Part shown: positions 23,801 to 32,548 of the stretch, in pieces
How the letters are laid out: the number at the start of each line of letters is the position of its first letter
Numbering within the stretch: position 1 is the first letter of the stretch
NCBI GenBank assembly: GCA_963792585.1
Contig: CAWBWI010000001.1
Location: forward strand, 576,001 to 640,000
DNA from: Candidatus Eiseniibacteriota bacterium
GTDB taxonomy: Bacteria; Eisenbacteria; RBG-16-71-46; CAIMUX01; VGJL01
Direction of reading: 5' to 3'
DNA length: 64,000 nucleotides
The notes under the pieces: model-generated
Database searches by the model: none
Seen by the model: the letters and a program-made list of their open reading frames with translations, nothing else
Told to the model about the DNA's origin: nothing
Made by a program: the position numbers and the translations under genes

Positions 23801-25073
23801 GACCGCCTTGACGGTCAGTGGGGTGGGGGGCACGGAGAGCGCGTCGCTGCGGGTCGTTGCGCGCGGGCCGGGCGGCGGGATCGTTGGCGCCGACTACCCG
23901 ATCCGCTTCGAGATCGACGCGGGGCCCGACGGTGGTGAGAGCCTCGACGGCGTTGTGGGCGGACCCCGACAGGTCGTGACGAACGACGCGGGAGAGGCGA
24001 CGGTGACGCTGCGCAGCGGCCGGACCGCCGGCGCGGCGCGCATCACGGCGCGATCGGGCGGAGTGCAGAGCAACACCATCACGGTCCCGCTGCGGCCCGG
24101 CCCCGCGGATGCCATCCACTGCTGGGCCGGCAATCCCGTGATCGCGGAGGACGACACGACGACGGTCTTCGTGACCGTGCGCGACGCGAATCAGAACCCG
24201 GTTTCCGATTCGACCGTGGTGACCTTCGCCTTCGATGAGGGATGGGTGCTCGGCGAAGCGTACCCGGGGGCTCTCTTCAGCTATACGCTCGGAGGTGCGG
24301 CACAGGGGCTCTACCATTCGCCTGGCGCGGATGCCGGCGGCGACGGGTGGGCCGTCATCGACGCGACCGTCCTCGACGGACCCTCTTGTCGAACCCGCGT
24401 GTCCATTCCGAGCACACAGACGGAGATCGTTGCGGTGATGCTGAGATCGACCGATTCGGAAATCGGTGTGCTCGGCACGGGCGCAGTCGATCAAACGACT
24501 CTGATCGCGACACCGACCAATGCGCAGGGGAATCCGGTGGGGTCCGGCGCGACGGTCGTCTTCACGATCACATCCGGCCCCGGAGGTGGGGAACTGGTGG
24601 ATGGGGAGAACCCGTCCGTGTCGGCGCTCACGCGAATCGACGGCACCGCGCGGGTCACGCTAACCGCCGGCACCCGATCGGGTCTCGTGTCGATCGAGGC
24701 GCGGGCCGGGACGCAAGCCGCCGACCACTGGCCGGTCGTGATCGCAGCCGGTCCACCGACGTTCATCGAGTGCGCGGCGCCCGACTCCGCGGCGTGCGGC
24801 GCCTTCTTCAATGATGGTTCGGTCCGCGCGCATGTCTCGGACACCTACCACAATCCGGTCCGGGATGGCACGACCGTCTGGTTCTCCGCAGATGCCGGCT
24901 TGATCTATGGATTGGATGGACAGGGCTCGACGATGACGATCAACGGCGTTGCGCTCGCGAGCTACTACGCTCCGCTCTCGAGCGAGTGCCTGGGTTGGTC
25001 GAGCGCCGTCCTGACCTTCCGCGTGGCCGAGCTGGTCTGCACGCGAACGGTGGTGAAGAAACTCTCGCCGTAG
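20898..25073 (+). CDS. Large lipoprotein with multiple Big_1/invasin-type Ig repeats
   Basis: AGGAGG SD then GTG; lipobox-like LFGG-C; repeated ADG..T..A.V.D..G.P..G..V.F and T...G.A motifs. Confidence 0.85.
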   Translation: MDRSRKHNGFRLIEAAVAVCVILFGGCSDDSPTRPTADDGAYRIQTFRAEEPTLVAGESTTVSARVLTEGGDPASGVTVVFGEMLGKQSGSWTPDRSVTDAEGWAQTTFLSVVGLDGQTTLKATAGSVSAYVVLTLVPRASNALNLSISSPSGAAALAADGVSGLTLRITATRGTGQQAVAGASIRLIAGDRFVDSDGDGLFSAGDQLVPGGDANGNGQWDALGSVPSTVSTDPSGKADFVLRSESKTGTTYVRATGEGVAAEFAVQFHPTSLKVVVSPAVSELMADGISTTLIRAEVTDWSANPMSGVIVRFIAGEPFVDAGGDGEFTPDVDTYTDLNSNGHWDTRGSIDSYVLSSDDGSATATYTAGVDPGEVRIRATVTGGSAEGILNLVPVPTASRILLEGDLPDVLADGRSPVTVTVNVADVNGTPIAGKRVHFVAGERFTDVNLNGVFDAGTDQLLSDLDGDDAWTAIGTVDESVVTGEGGTATVTYMAGLLTGEIAVKATVDRISADLPIVLRALPPAMAVLLDRTPPEIQVHGGGGIDNCVLTATCYDALGDAVPAGVPVEFTIIYGPDGGEQLTDAVDGIYAARTDEGGKARAVLIAGTKIGIVGVAVQVGQAYRSIEVAVAAGGPHEIQLNAENARLDFWSQTPVTAFVIDIYGNPVRDGTVVLWSVDEGMIEGDGSPASSETQRGQAQGTYYSLGPALGTDYIAVVTARAQGTTALGTLEITLNLTPPPPIASIAVSSDRQQIDIRSTGPAQTTGIIARGYDTEGRPVGAGYPIDFWIESGPNGGENLDEQAWGPVTGITNQDGIAQVRLNSGRLPGPVRIKAHGGTANFATVEVQIVAGPPTDLVCSATPEEIGSEETCEIRAYLYDLYHNPVQDGVLVSFQVDEGMVVGLDGPGSSRTVDGVAIATYHSLTPLPGGDGVADLVCTAEGGVLSCTTHVRIPILPTGLSALSLTCNETALTVSGVGGTESASLRVVARGPGGGIVGADYPIRFEIDAGPDGGESLDGVVGGPRQVVTNDAGEATVTLRSGRTAGAARITARSGGVQSNTITVPLRPGPADAIHCWAGNPVIAEDDTTTVFVTVRDANQNPVSDSTVVTFAFDEGWVLGEAYPGALFSYTLGGAAQGLYHSPGADAGGDGWAVIDATVLDGPSCRTRVSIPSTQTEIVAVMLRSTDSEIGVLGTGAVDQTTLIATPTNAQGNPVGSGATVVFTITSGPGGGELVDGENPSVSALTRIDGTARVTLTAGTRSGLVSIEARAGTQAADHWPVVIAAGPPTFIECAAPDSAACGAFFNDGSVRAHVSDTYHNPVRDGTTVWFSADAGLIYGLDGQGSTMTINGVALASYYAPLSSECLGWSSAVLTFRVAELVCTRTVVKKLSP

Positions 25074-25098
25074 TCCGCGACAGCCTTCCCTACTTGTT

Positions 25099-25140
25099 GG
25101 GCGGGATCCCCCAAACCTCGGGGGATCTCGCCCGTTTTTT
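25099..25140 (+). terminator. Intrinsic terminator
   Basis: GGGCGGGATCCCCC-loop-GGGGGATCTCGCCC followed by GTTTTTT. Confidence 0.85.
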
Positions 25141-25176
25141 CGCATTTCCCCATGGGATGAAAGTCACGTCGTGGTC

Positions 25177-25234
25177 GTAACCCCTTGGTACGGCACGGCT
25201 CGAAACGGATGTCCGTTCTGGTATGACCCATGCT
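25177..25234 (+). promoter_or_regulatory. Putative sigma54 promoter with upstream IHF-like site
   Basis: TGGTATG-ACCC-ATGC at 25219-25233 (GG-N10-GC); TAACCCCTTGGTA at 25178-25190 resembles YAANNNNTTGATW. Confidence 0.55.
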
Positions 25235-25389
25235 CTATGCCAATATCGGAATCCCGCTCATCGGGATTCCACAGCAGGCCCCTGCGAGAAGGGTGCGGAT
25301 ACGTCCCCGGTTCAGATCCGACGGCGCGTGGAGTGATCTAGGCAACGGGAACGGCACCATCGAGCGGGGGCCTTGCTGCGCCCTCCGCA

Positions 25390-25418
25390 TTGACCGCCGG
25401 AACGACCGGTGCTACGGT
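25390..25418 (+). promoter_or_regulatory. Putative sigma70 promoter
   Basis: TTGACC-N17-TACGGT with TGn extension. Confidence 0.5.
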
Positions 25419-25617
25419 CCCCCCGTTTATCAGCGATCGATCGGCCTGAAGCCGCCTCCGGGCCCCTGCGCCGGGCCGGGTAGGCCTTTCCCGGGGGCGT
25501 TGTGGCCCCGGGAACTCAATGCTAGACTTCACGGAACCGGGCCTCGGCCCCGGGGGTACGGGTGAGTCTGATTGCGCCCACCCGGGCCGCCGGCGTCGTC
25601 TATGGAGGGAGGGTATC

Positions 25618-26589
25618 TTGAAGCTCCGGATTCTTGTCTCGGCTGGCCTTGTGGCGCTCCTGACCACCGGTCTGGCGACCTGCGCGCTCGCTCAAGGGAC
25701 GAGCGGCGCCCAGTCGCTCAACATCACCCCAGGGGCTCGCGCGGATGGCATGGGCCGGGCGAACGTCGCCCTCTCGAACGATGCGACCTCGAACTGGTGG
25801 AACCCGGCTGCCCTGGCCTTGGTCAACCAGAAGGTCTTTTCGCTCATGCACACCCAGCTCGTCCCCGACCTGGCGGACGACGTCTACTACGAGTTCCTCG
25901 GCTATCACCAGCACGTCGAGGGTTGGGGAGGCGTCGGCGCGAGCCTGATCTTCCTCACCTATGGAAAGAGCATCGCCACCGATGAGCAGGGCAACGAGCG
26001 CGGCACGTTCTCGAGCTATGAGCTATCGCCGTCGCTCTCCCTCGGGACGGAGATCGCGAAGGGATTGTCCGCCGGCGTTTCGCTGAAGTACGTCTATGTG
26101 AACCTGGCCCCGAAGGAGTTCACCCTCGACGGCCAGGCCGGGACGGGGGACACCTTTGCCGCCGACCTCGGCGCCCTGTACGACATTCCCGGGATCGGGG
26201 CGCGGATCGGCGTCAACGTGCAGAACCTCGGTCCGAAGATCTCCTTCATCGACGAGGACCAGAGCGACCCGATCGGCCGCAACCTGAAGGTCGGCCTCGG
26301 CGTCAAGGCGCTCGACACCGGCACATTCCGCGTTCTCGCGGAAGGCGACGTCAACAAGAGCCTCGTTTACTCCGACGAGAAGCCGATCTTGAACGGCGGG
26401 TTCGAACTCTCCTACAGCAGCTACGCCGCGATCCGCGGTGGGTACATCTACGACAAGGATGGGGATATCCGCGATCCATCGTTCGGGTTCGGAGTTCAGG
26501 TCGGTACCCTCGCATTCGACTATGCGAGCGTGCCGCAGGCCCGCGGACTCGATCGGGTGAGCAAGTTCTCGTTGAACTACCGGTTCTAG
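25618..26589 (+). CDS. porV: PorV-family outer membrane beta-barrel (T9SS shuttle)
   Basis: GGAGGGAGG SD then TTG; signal peptide; SLNITPGARADGMG..WWNPAAL; FAADLG; QNLGPKISF; C-terminal NYRF. Confidence 0.8.
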   Translation: MKLRILVSAGLVALLTTGLATCALAQGTSGAQSLNITPGARADGMGRANVALSNDATSNWWNPAALALVNQKVFSLMHTQLVPDLADDVYYEFLGYHQHVEGWGGVGASLIFLTYGKSIATDEQGNERGTFSSYELSPSLSLGTEIAKGLSAGVSLKYVYVNLAPKEFTLDGQAGTGDTFAADLGALYDIPGIGARIGVNVQNLGPKISFIDEDQSDPIGRNLKVGLGVKALDTGTFRVLAEGDVNKSLVYSDEKPILNGGFELSYSSYAAIRGGYIYDKDGDIRDPSFGFGVQVGTLAFDYASVPQARGLDRVSKFSLNYRF

Positions 26590-26607
26590 GGAAACACGGT
26601 TCGACCT

Positions 26608-29600
26608 TTGAGGCGCCGCGCAATCCGTCTGCTCCTGCTCCTGATCGTGGCGGGAATCCTCCCTCTGTCCGCCATCGCAGGTGCCCGCGCACTGAAGATC
26701 GTATCCGGCATGCGCGCGCCGAGTGCGGGGGGGCGGTGGTCGCGCCGCGGCCGTTCCCGCACCTGCTCACGCGTGGTACGTTCCCTCGCACTACGGAAAC
26801 GGAAGGGCCCCGCAGCGGCAACGCCCGCTGGGCGGAGGCGACCCGCCTTCCCACCGTATCGCGCCAGGCGCCGCGGATGCTGTCCGACCTGGGGGACGAC
26901 CCGGGGAGCGCGCTCCGCGCGTTACGGACCCTGCGCGAGCGGGCAGAGCCCGAAACGGTCCGGATCCTCGCGATCCGGGTCGATTTCCTCGAGGACTCCG
27001 CCCTGGACGAGTCGACGGGCGACGGGCGGTTCGACATGCGCACGGCCGACTCGGCCGAGGTCGCGATCGACGGACCTCCGCACAATCGCGCCTACTTCGA
27101 GGCGCATCTCGAGGCCCTGCGGCGCTACTACGACGTGCAGACCAACGGCGGGCTCGTGCTCGACTACGATGTCTACCCGCAGGAGCCCGATTCCTGCTAT
27201 CACCTGTCGGACACGGCGATCTACGGACCCTGGATCTTCAGCGTCAGCAGCGACTCGATCCTCGCCCGCGCCGATCGGGTCGTGCGAAACTCCATCCACC
27301 TCGCCGACAGCCTCGATGCATCGATCGACTGGAAGCGGTATCAGAGTTTCCTGGTCTTCCATGCAGGCGCGGACTTCCAAGGGGACATCCGCCAGGACAC
27401 GAACTACGACATCCCGAGCTTCAATCTCGGGCTCGGCGACTCCATGGAGGTCGTCGTCGGCGGCGCGGACTCCGTCAAGGTCAACCTCGTCATGGTCGTG
27501 CCGGAGACCGTCTCTCAGGACGGTTTCACGGCTGCCCTGAACGGGGTGATGGCGCACGAGTTCGGTCACCAGCTTGGTTTCTTCGACCTCTACAACGTGT
27601 TCAGCGGACTGCCGGTTGTCGGCGCCTTCAGCCTCATGGACTCCGGTGAGAGCATGTACGGGACCGTCGCCGATCCATACGATTCGACGCAGGTGGTCGC
27701 CGTGCGGGGCATCCTGCCGGCGAGCATCGATCCGTGGCACCGGATGGTCTTCCCATTCTTCAATCTGAATGTCCAGGAGGGGCACGACGGCGATCTCCTA
27801 TCCCTGCCGGGAGTGCTCCAGGGGAACGATCTGCTCTACGTGCCGATCCACCTCGCCGAGTACTACCTCTGCGAGACGCGGCCGATGAGCTACGAAGCCG
27901 ACAGCCTTTGGGCCCTCCGCGCCGATCCGGAGACCGGTGTGGTGCTCGGCCCCGAGTCGGCGACCGGGGACTCGGCGGATGTGATGAGCAGGCTGAATTA
28001 CGACTTCCTCCTGCCCGGCGGCGGCATGCTGATCTGGCACATCGACGAGCTCGCGGCCCAGACGGGGCTGGCGTCTCCGTACGGCAGCATCAACATCTTC
28101 GACGACCGGCGCGGAGTCGATATCGAGGAGGCCGATGGAATCCAGGACATCGGCACGGCATCCTCGGAGTTCACGGGAGGTCCCTACGATCCGTTCTTCC
28201 TGGGGGGATTCTCCTTGTTCGGTCCCGAGACCGAGCCGAGCACGGCAAGCAATGACGGGAGCCCGACCGGCATCTCCTTCAGCGTTCTCGACTCCATCGG
28301 GGTGACGATGCGCGTGCGCGTCGGCGAGCCGCGCGAAGTGCGCGGCTTCCCGATCGGATTCGGTGCGGGGACCGCTGCGGTCAACCCCCTCAACCAGCTC
28401 GATCTGGACGGCGATGGATTCGATGAGATCCTCCTCGCGGCGGGGACGACTCTCTTCGCCGTGACGGTGGACGGGAGGGGATTCGCGAACGACGGAGACC
28501 GGGTCGTCTTCGCATCGTTCCCCGACACGTTGGAGGAGGGACCCGCGATCGGCGATGGGCCGACGATCCTGGCGCGCGCCGGGGGGCAGGCCTGGTGGTT
28601 CGATCCGACGGGCAGCCTGCTGAGCGTCTGGCCGGACGACCCCGCGCGCGTACGCGTCACGGCGGGTCCGATTTCAGCGCCGGGCGGGTTGACGATCGTC
28701 GGGTGCAGCGATGGGGCGATTCGCGGGCTGCGTCCCGATGGGACGACGGCTCAGGTGCTCTGGAGCCTGCCCATCGGCGGACCGACCGACCCGGTGACCG
28801 TCGTTGCGGCGGGCCGAACGAATCCGGAGGACGCGATCGCGCTCGCGGCCGGCTCCGCCGACGGGCGCGTGTTCCGGGGTGGGCTCACCGATGAGAACAG
28901 CGCCCCATTCACGATGCGAGGATGGCCGCTATCGGGGGGCAACGGCCCGGTTCTCGATCTGCTCCTGCTGCGCGCGCCGCTGCGCTCCGCGGAGGAGGCG
29001 CAGGAACTCCTCCTCGTGACGACCGGAGGTGAGCGGGTCGATCTGAAGCTCGTCTCGGGCGCCTCCGTGCCAGGATGGCCGAAGACGCTTCCCGACACGA
29101 TCGCGGGCAGTCCCGCCGTCGGGGATCTCGACGGGGACGGAGTTCTCGAGGTTTCGGTGACCACGCGGGCCGGGGACCTGGAGCTTTGGGATCTTGCGGG
29201 CTCTCAGGAGCCGCACTGGCCGCGTTCTCTCTGGCATCCCGACGCGGGACGCCGGCCCACCTGCATGGCGGGCCCACGCCTCTGGGACCTCGATGGCGAC
29301 GGGACGATCGAGCTGACCCAGATGCGCGGGGATGGGATGATCGTCGTCATCGACAACGACGGCCGGCCCGCGCGTTCGTGGCCCTACGCGACCGGATCGT
29401 ACGCGGCGGACGGCCCTCTGCACATGCTCGCGCCGGACGGCAACGAGCGCTGGTATGCGGCGGACGCGATCAGCGACTCGCTGACGGCGCTGACAGGCTT
29501 GGCCCTGCTGGGCGCGACCGGGGCGACCCAAGACGAGACGCGCGGCTGTTTCCCTGGCCCTCGGGGCGGTCCGGGCCGCACGGGCGTCTATCCGGCCTCC

Positions 29601-29915
29601 CTCGTTCCCACGCCAAAGACGGCGGCCGCCTTCTTCGACCCGCGCTCGCTCATCCTCCACCCGAATCCGGTTCTGGGGGACGTGCTGAAGATCCGGTATG
29701 TCCTGGGGGAGCGGGCGACGATATCCCTCGAGGCGATCGACCTGAGCGGGAGCATCGCGGGTCGAACGGAATGGGAGGGTCATCCGGGCGCAGGGGGGGA
29801 GACGCATGGTTGGGACGTCTCGAACCTCGCGCCGGGCGTCTACGTGATCCGAATGAACATTCGTGGTTCGACCGAGGAGAAACTCCTGATGCGGAAGATT
29901 GCGATCGTCCGATGA
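26608..29915 (+). CDS. M6 (immune inhibitor A)-like metalloprotease with FG-GAP-like repeats and T9SS-type C-terminal domain (frameshift near 26730)
   Basis: VFHAG; HEFGHQLGFFDLY; FSLMDSG Met-turn; LIWHIDE; DLDGDG repeats; CTD HPNPV..WDVSNLAPGVYVIRM..KIAIVR. Confidence 0.8.
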
Positions 29916-29989
29916 CGGCGCGCTCGGGCGGTCGGACGGATGCATACGGGACTTCCCCGCGGACCTCGCGGCTGGATAGAATCGGACGC

Positions 29990-30871
29990 ATGAAGCTCGT
30001 CTTGGTTGCCGGGTCCTGCATGCTGATCGCCGTCTTCTGTGCTCCGCCCGCTGGTGCCGCCCATGCCTCGTCCGGTCTAGCCGGGACCGGCGGTCCCCTC
30101 CCGTCCCTGGACCAACGGACACATCCCGGTTCCAATCGCGCAATGGCTCGTTCGGAGGAATCGGCGCGGGCCACCGGCGTCTCACGCGCCGCCGTCCGTC
30201 AGGCGTCGATGGCCATGCTCGGGATGACCACGCGGGAAGACCGCGCGGGGCGCGTGAATCCCGGGGTCGCATTCCTCATGAGCGCCGTGCTGCCCGGATC
30301 GGGGCAGATCGCCGAGGGACGCAACCGCGCGTTCGCCTACCTCGGCGTCGAAGCGCTCGCCTGGATCGCCCACTTCTCCTGGCTCGACGCCGGGAACAAA
30401 AAGGAAGGGGAATACGAAAGCTATGCCCGGCATCACTGGGCGCTCGACAAGTGGGACTTCTACGCCGCCGACTCCGCTTGCGCGCTCCCGCCGGGTGTGA
30501 GCTACGCCAATTCGAAAGAGACGATCGAGGGCTTCCTGGAAGCGCAAAACTACCAGCACTACTACGAGGACATTGGGAAACTCGAGGCGTACCGGGCCGG
30601 ATGGGATGACTTCGACTGCGCGCGGCCGAACTCGATGTCCGCGAACCGAAGGCACTATCGCGGGATGCGGGAGGACAGCAACAACTATCTCGATTCCGCC
30701 CGCAACGCCCTGACGGTGATCTTCTTGAACCACGTCATCTCCGCGGTCGACGCCTACCGCACGGCAAAGGGGGCTCACCTGTCCCTCCCCGGTGGGGCGG
30801 AGATGAAGTTCCGTGTCGCGGGGTCCCCGCGGAACCCGAGCGTAGGCTTGCGTGTGACACGGGCATGGTGA
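29990..30871 (+). CDS. Hypothetical exported or membrane protein (DUF5683-like); alternative start 29912
   Basis: AFLMSAVLPGSGQIAEG; QHYYEDIGK; NHVISAVDAY; C-terminal beta-hairpin ending in W. Confidence 0.6.
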   Translation: MKLVLVAGSCMLIAVFCAPPAGAAHASSGLAGTGGPLPSLDQRTHPGSNRAMARSEESARATGVSRAAVRQASMAMLGMTTREDRAGRVNPGVAFLMSAVLPGSGQIAEGRNRAFAYLGVEALAWIAHFSWLDAGNKKEGEYESYARHHWALDKWDFYAADSACALPPGVSYANSKETIEGFLEAQNYQHYYEDIGKLEAYRAGWDDFDCARPNSMSANRRHYRGMREDSNNYLDSARNALTVIFLNHVISAVDAYRTAKGAHLSLPGGAEMKFRVAGSPRNPSVGLRVTRAW

Positions 30872-31614
30872 GGAGGCTCTTCGGTCCCGCCCGCCAAGAA
30901 GGCGCGGGCGTGGGGAGGATGGCCCGAACGGTCGTCGCGGCGACGGTGACGGCACTTCTCGTCGGTTCGCTGGCGCCGTCGCGCTCGCTCGCAAATGCGG
31001 ATCCGCCGGGACGTCTTCGGGTGCTCGGTCTCTCGCTTCTCCTGCCCGGCCTGGGACATCGCGCCCTCGGCTACAAGGATCGATCCGCCGCGCTCATGGT
31101 CGCCGACGGTGCGATCTGGACGAGCTTCGTGACGCTGCGGGTCCAGGGCGGAATTCGCAAGGACGGATACGTCGAAATGGCCAAGACCGGCGCGGGCGTG
31201 GCAAAGGCCGAGGGACGATCGGACGAGTACTACCGGTTGCTCGGATCCTACCCGTCGTCGGACACATACGACGATGAGATCCGCAGAGATGCCCGCGCGC
31301 GCTACCCGGATGATCTCGAGGCGCGCGCATCCTATTTCGACCGCAACCGGATCCCCGATGAACGGCGCTGGGAGTGGGGTTCCTCCGCTGTCTGGCAACG
31401 ATATCGCGACAAGCGGGGCGATGCCCTCCGGTCGAACAAACGGGCCTCGTACATGCTGGGCCTGGCGGTGGCGAATCGGCTGCTGGCTGCCGTCGACGGG
31501 CTCCGTCTCGTCCACAAGCAGGGGCAGGAGCCGAAGCTCGGCTTCTTCCTCTCGGCCGATCCCCTCGACTCGAGCACGCCGGCCTACCTCGGCGTCAACC
31601 TACGACTTCCCTGA
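30865..31614 (+). CDS. Hypothetical membrane protein, distant paralog of the preceding gene
   Basis: LSLLLPGLGH; EYYRLLGSY; WEW; ANRLLAAVDG; C-terminal YLGVNLRLP. Confidence 0.6.
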   Translation: MVRRLFGPARQEGAGVGRMARTVVAATVTALLVGSLAPSRSLANADPPGRLRVLGLSLLLPGLGHRALGYKDRSAALMVADGAIWTSFVTLRVQGGIRKDGYVEMAKTGAGVAKAEGRSDEYYRLLGSYPSSDTYDDEIRRDARARYPDDLEARASYFDRNRIPDERRWEWGSSAVWQRYRDKRGDALRSNKRASYMLGLAVANRLLAAVDGLRLVHKQGQEPKLGFFLSADPLDSSTPAYLGVNLRLP

Positions 31615-31622
31615 CGGGTCCG

Positions 31623-32548
31623 ATGGGCCGCGCGCGGCTCGCGTTTCTACTCCTCCTGCTTCTCGCGGGGCGAACCTGGGGCGCAGCGGACTCGCTTTCC
31701 GTGCTCCCTTCCTGGGATCCGACCGATCCCGAGGCGGGCCTTCACCTGACGCCGCACGCGCTCGCGGTCGATCCTATCGGGCGCCTATGGGTCCTGGATC
31801 GATCCCGCGGGCGGATCCTTCGATTCCATGCCGATGGCGCGGGACGATCGCTCAACGTTGGTGGGCGCGAGGGAAGCGCCGCGGCGCCCGTCGCCGACCT
31901 GGGGGTCAGCGGGGCGTTCCTCTACCTCCTGGAGCCCTCCGGGCCCTCGATCGCGCTGCTGGATCTGGACGGGGCGTGGCGGGATCGGGTGGAGCTTGCG
32001 GGTTCTCTCGACGAGGCGGGGCGTCCGGGTTTCCTCGCGTCGCGTCTGCTCGTCGGTTCATCAGGCGATCTCTGGTTGTTCGAGCCTCGTTCCGGAGGAC
32101 TCCTTCGCTTCGATCGCAGGGGGCGATTCCTCGACGCGCCGCTGGAAGCCCTCGCAGGCAATGCGCGGCCCGTCCGCATTGCCGATGCCGCGCTCACGCC
32201 CGATGACGGGATCGTCATCCTCGATGCGGTCCGAGGGGGGATCCTCCCGCTCGACGCATCGGGAGCGCCGATGGCGTTCGAGTCGCTCCTCCTCCTCCCG
32301 TCGAGCCTTCGTCGATCGCAGTCGACGCGAAAGGACGACGCTACGTGCTCGAGGCAGGAGGGCGACTTCGGATCCTCGATGCCGGGGGCGCCCTGCTCAC
32401 GGACCGAATGGCGCCCGGTGTCGAGGGGACCGGTCAACGACGCCTGGCGATCACAGGAGATCACGTTCTGTGCGCCGCGGATCCTGCGCGGGGGAAGGTC
32501 CTGCGCTGGCGCGTGGGATCGGGCGGGTCGGAGGATGGCGAACGCTAG
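31623..32548 (+). CDS. Secreted NHL/beta-propeller protein (frameshift near 32295)
   Basis: Signal peptide; PHALAVDPIGRLWVLD repeats; C-terminus in ORF 32345..32548. The 1515-aa ORF is an artefactual fusion with the next gene. Confidence 0.65.
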
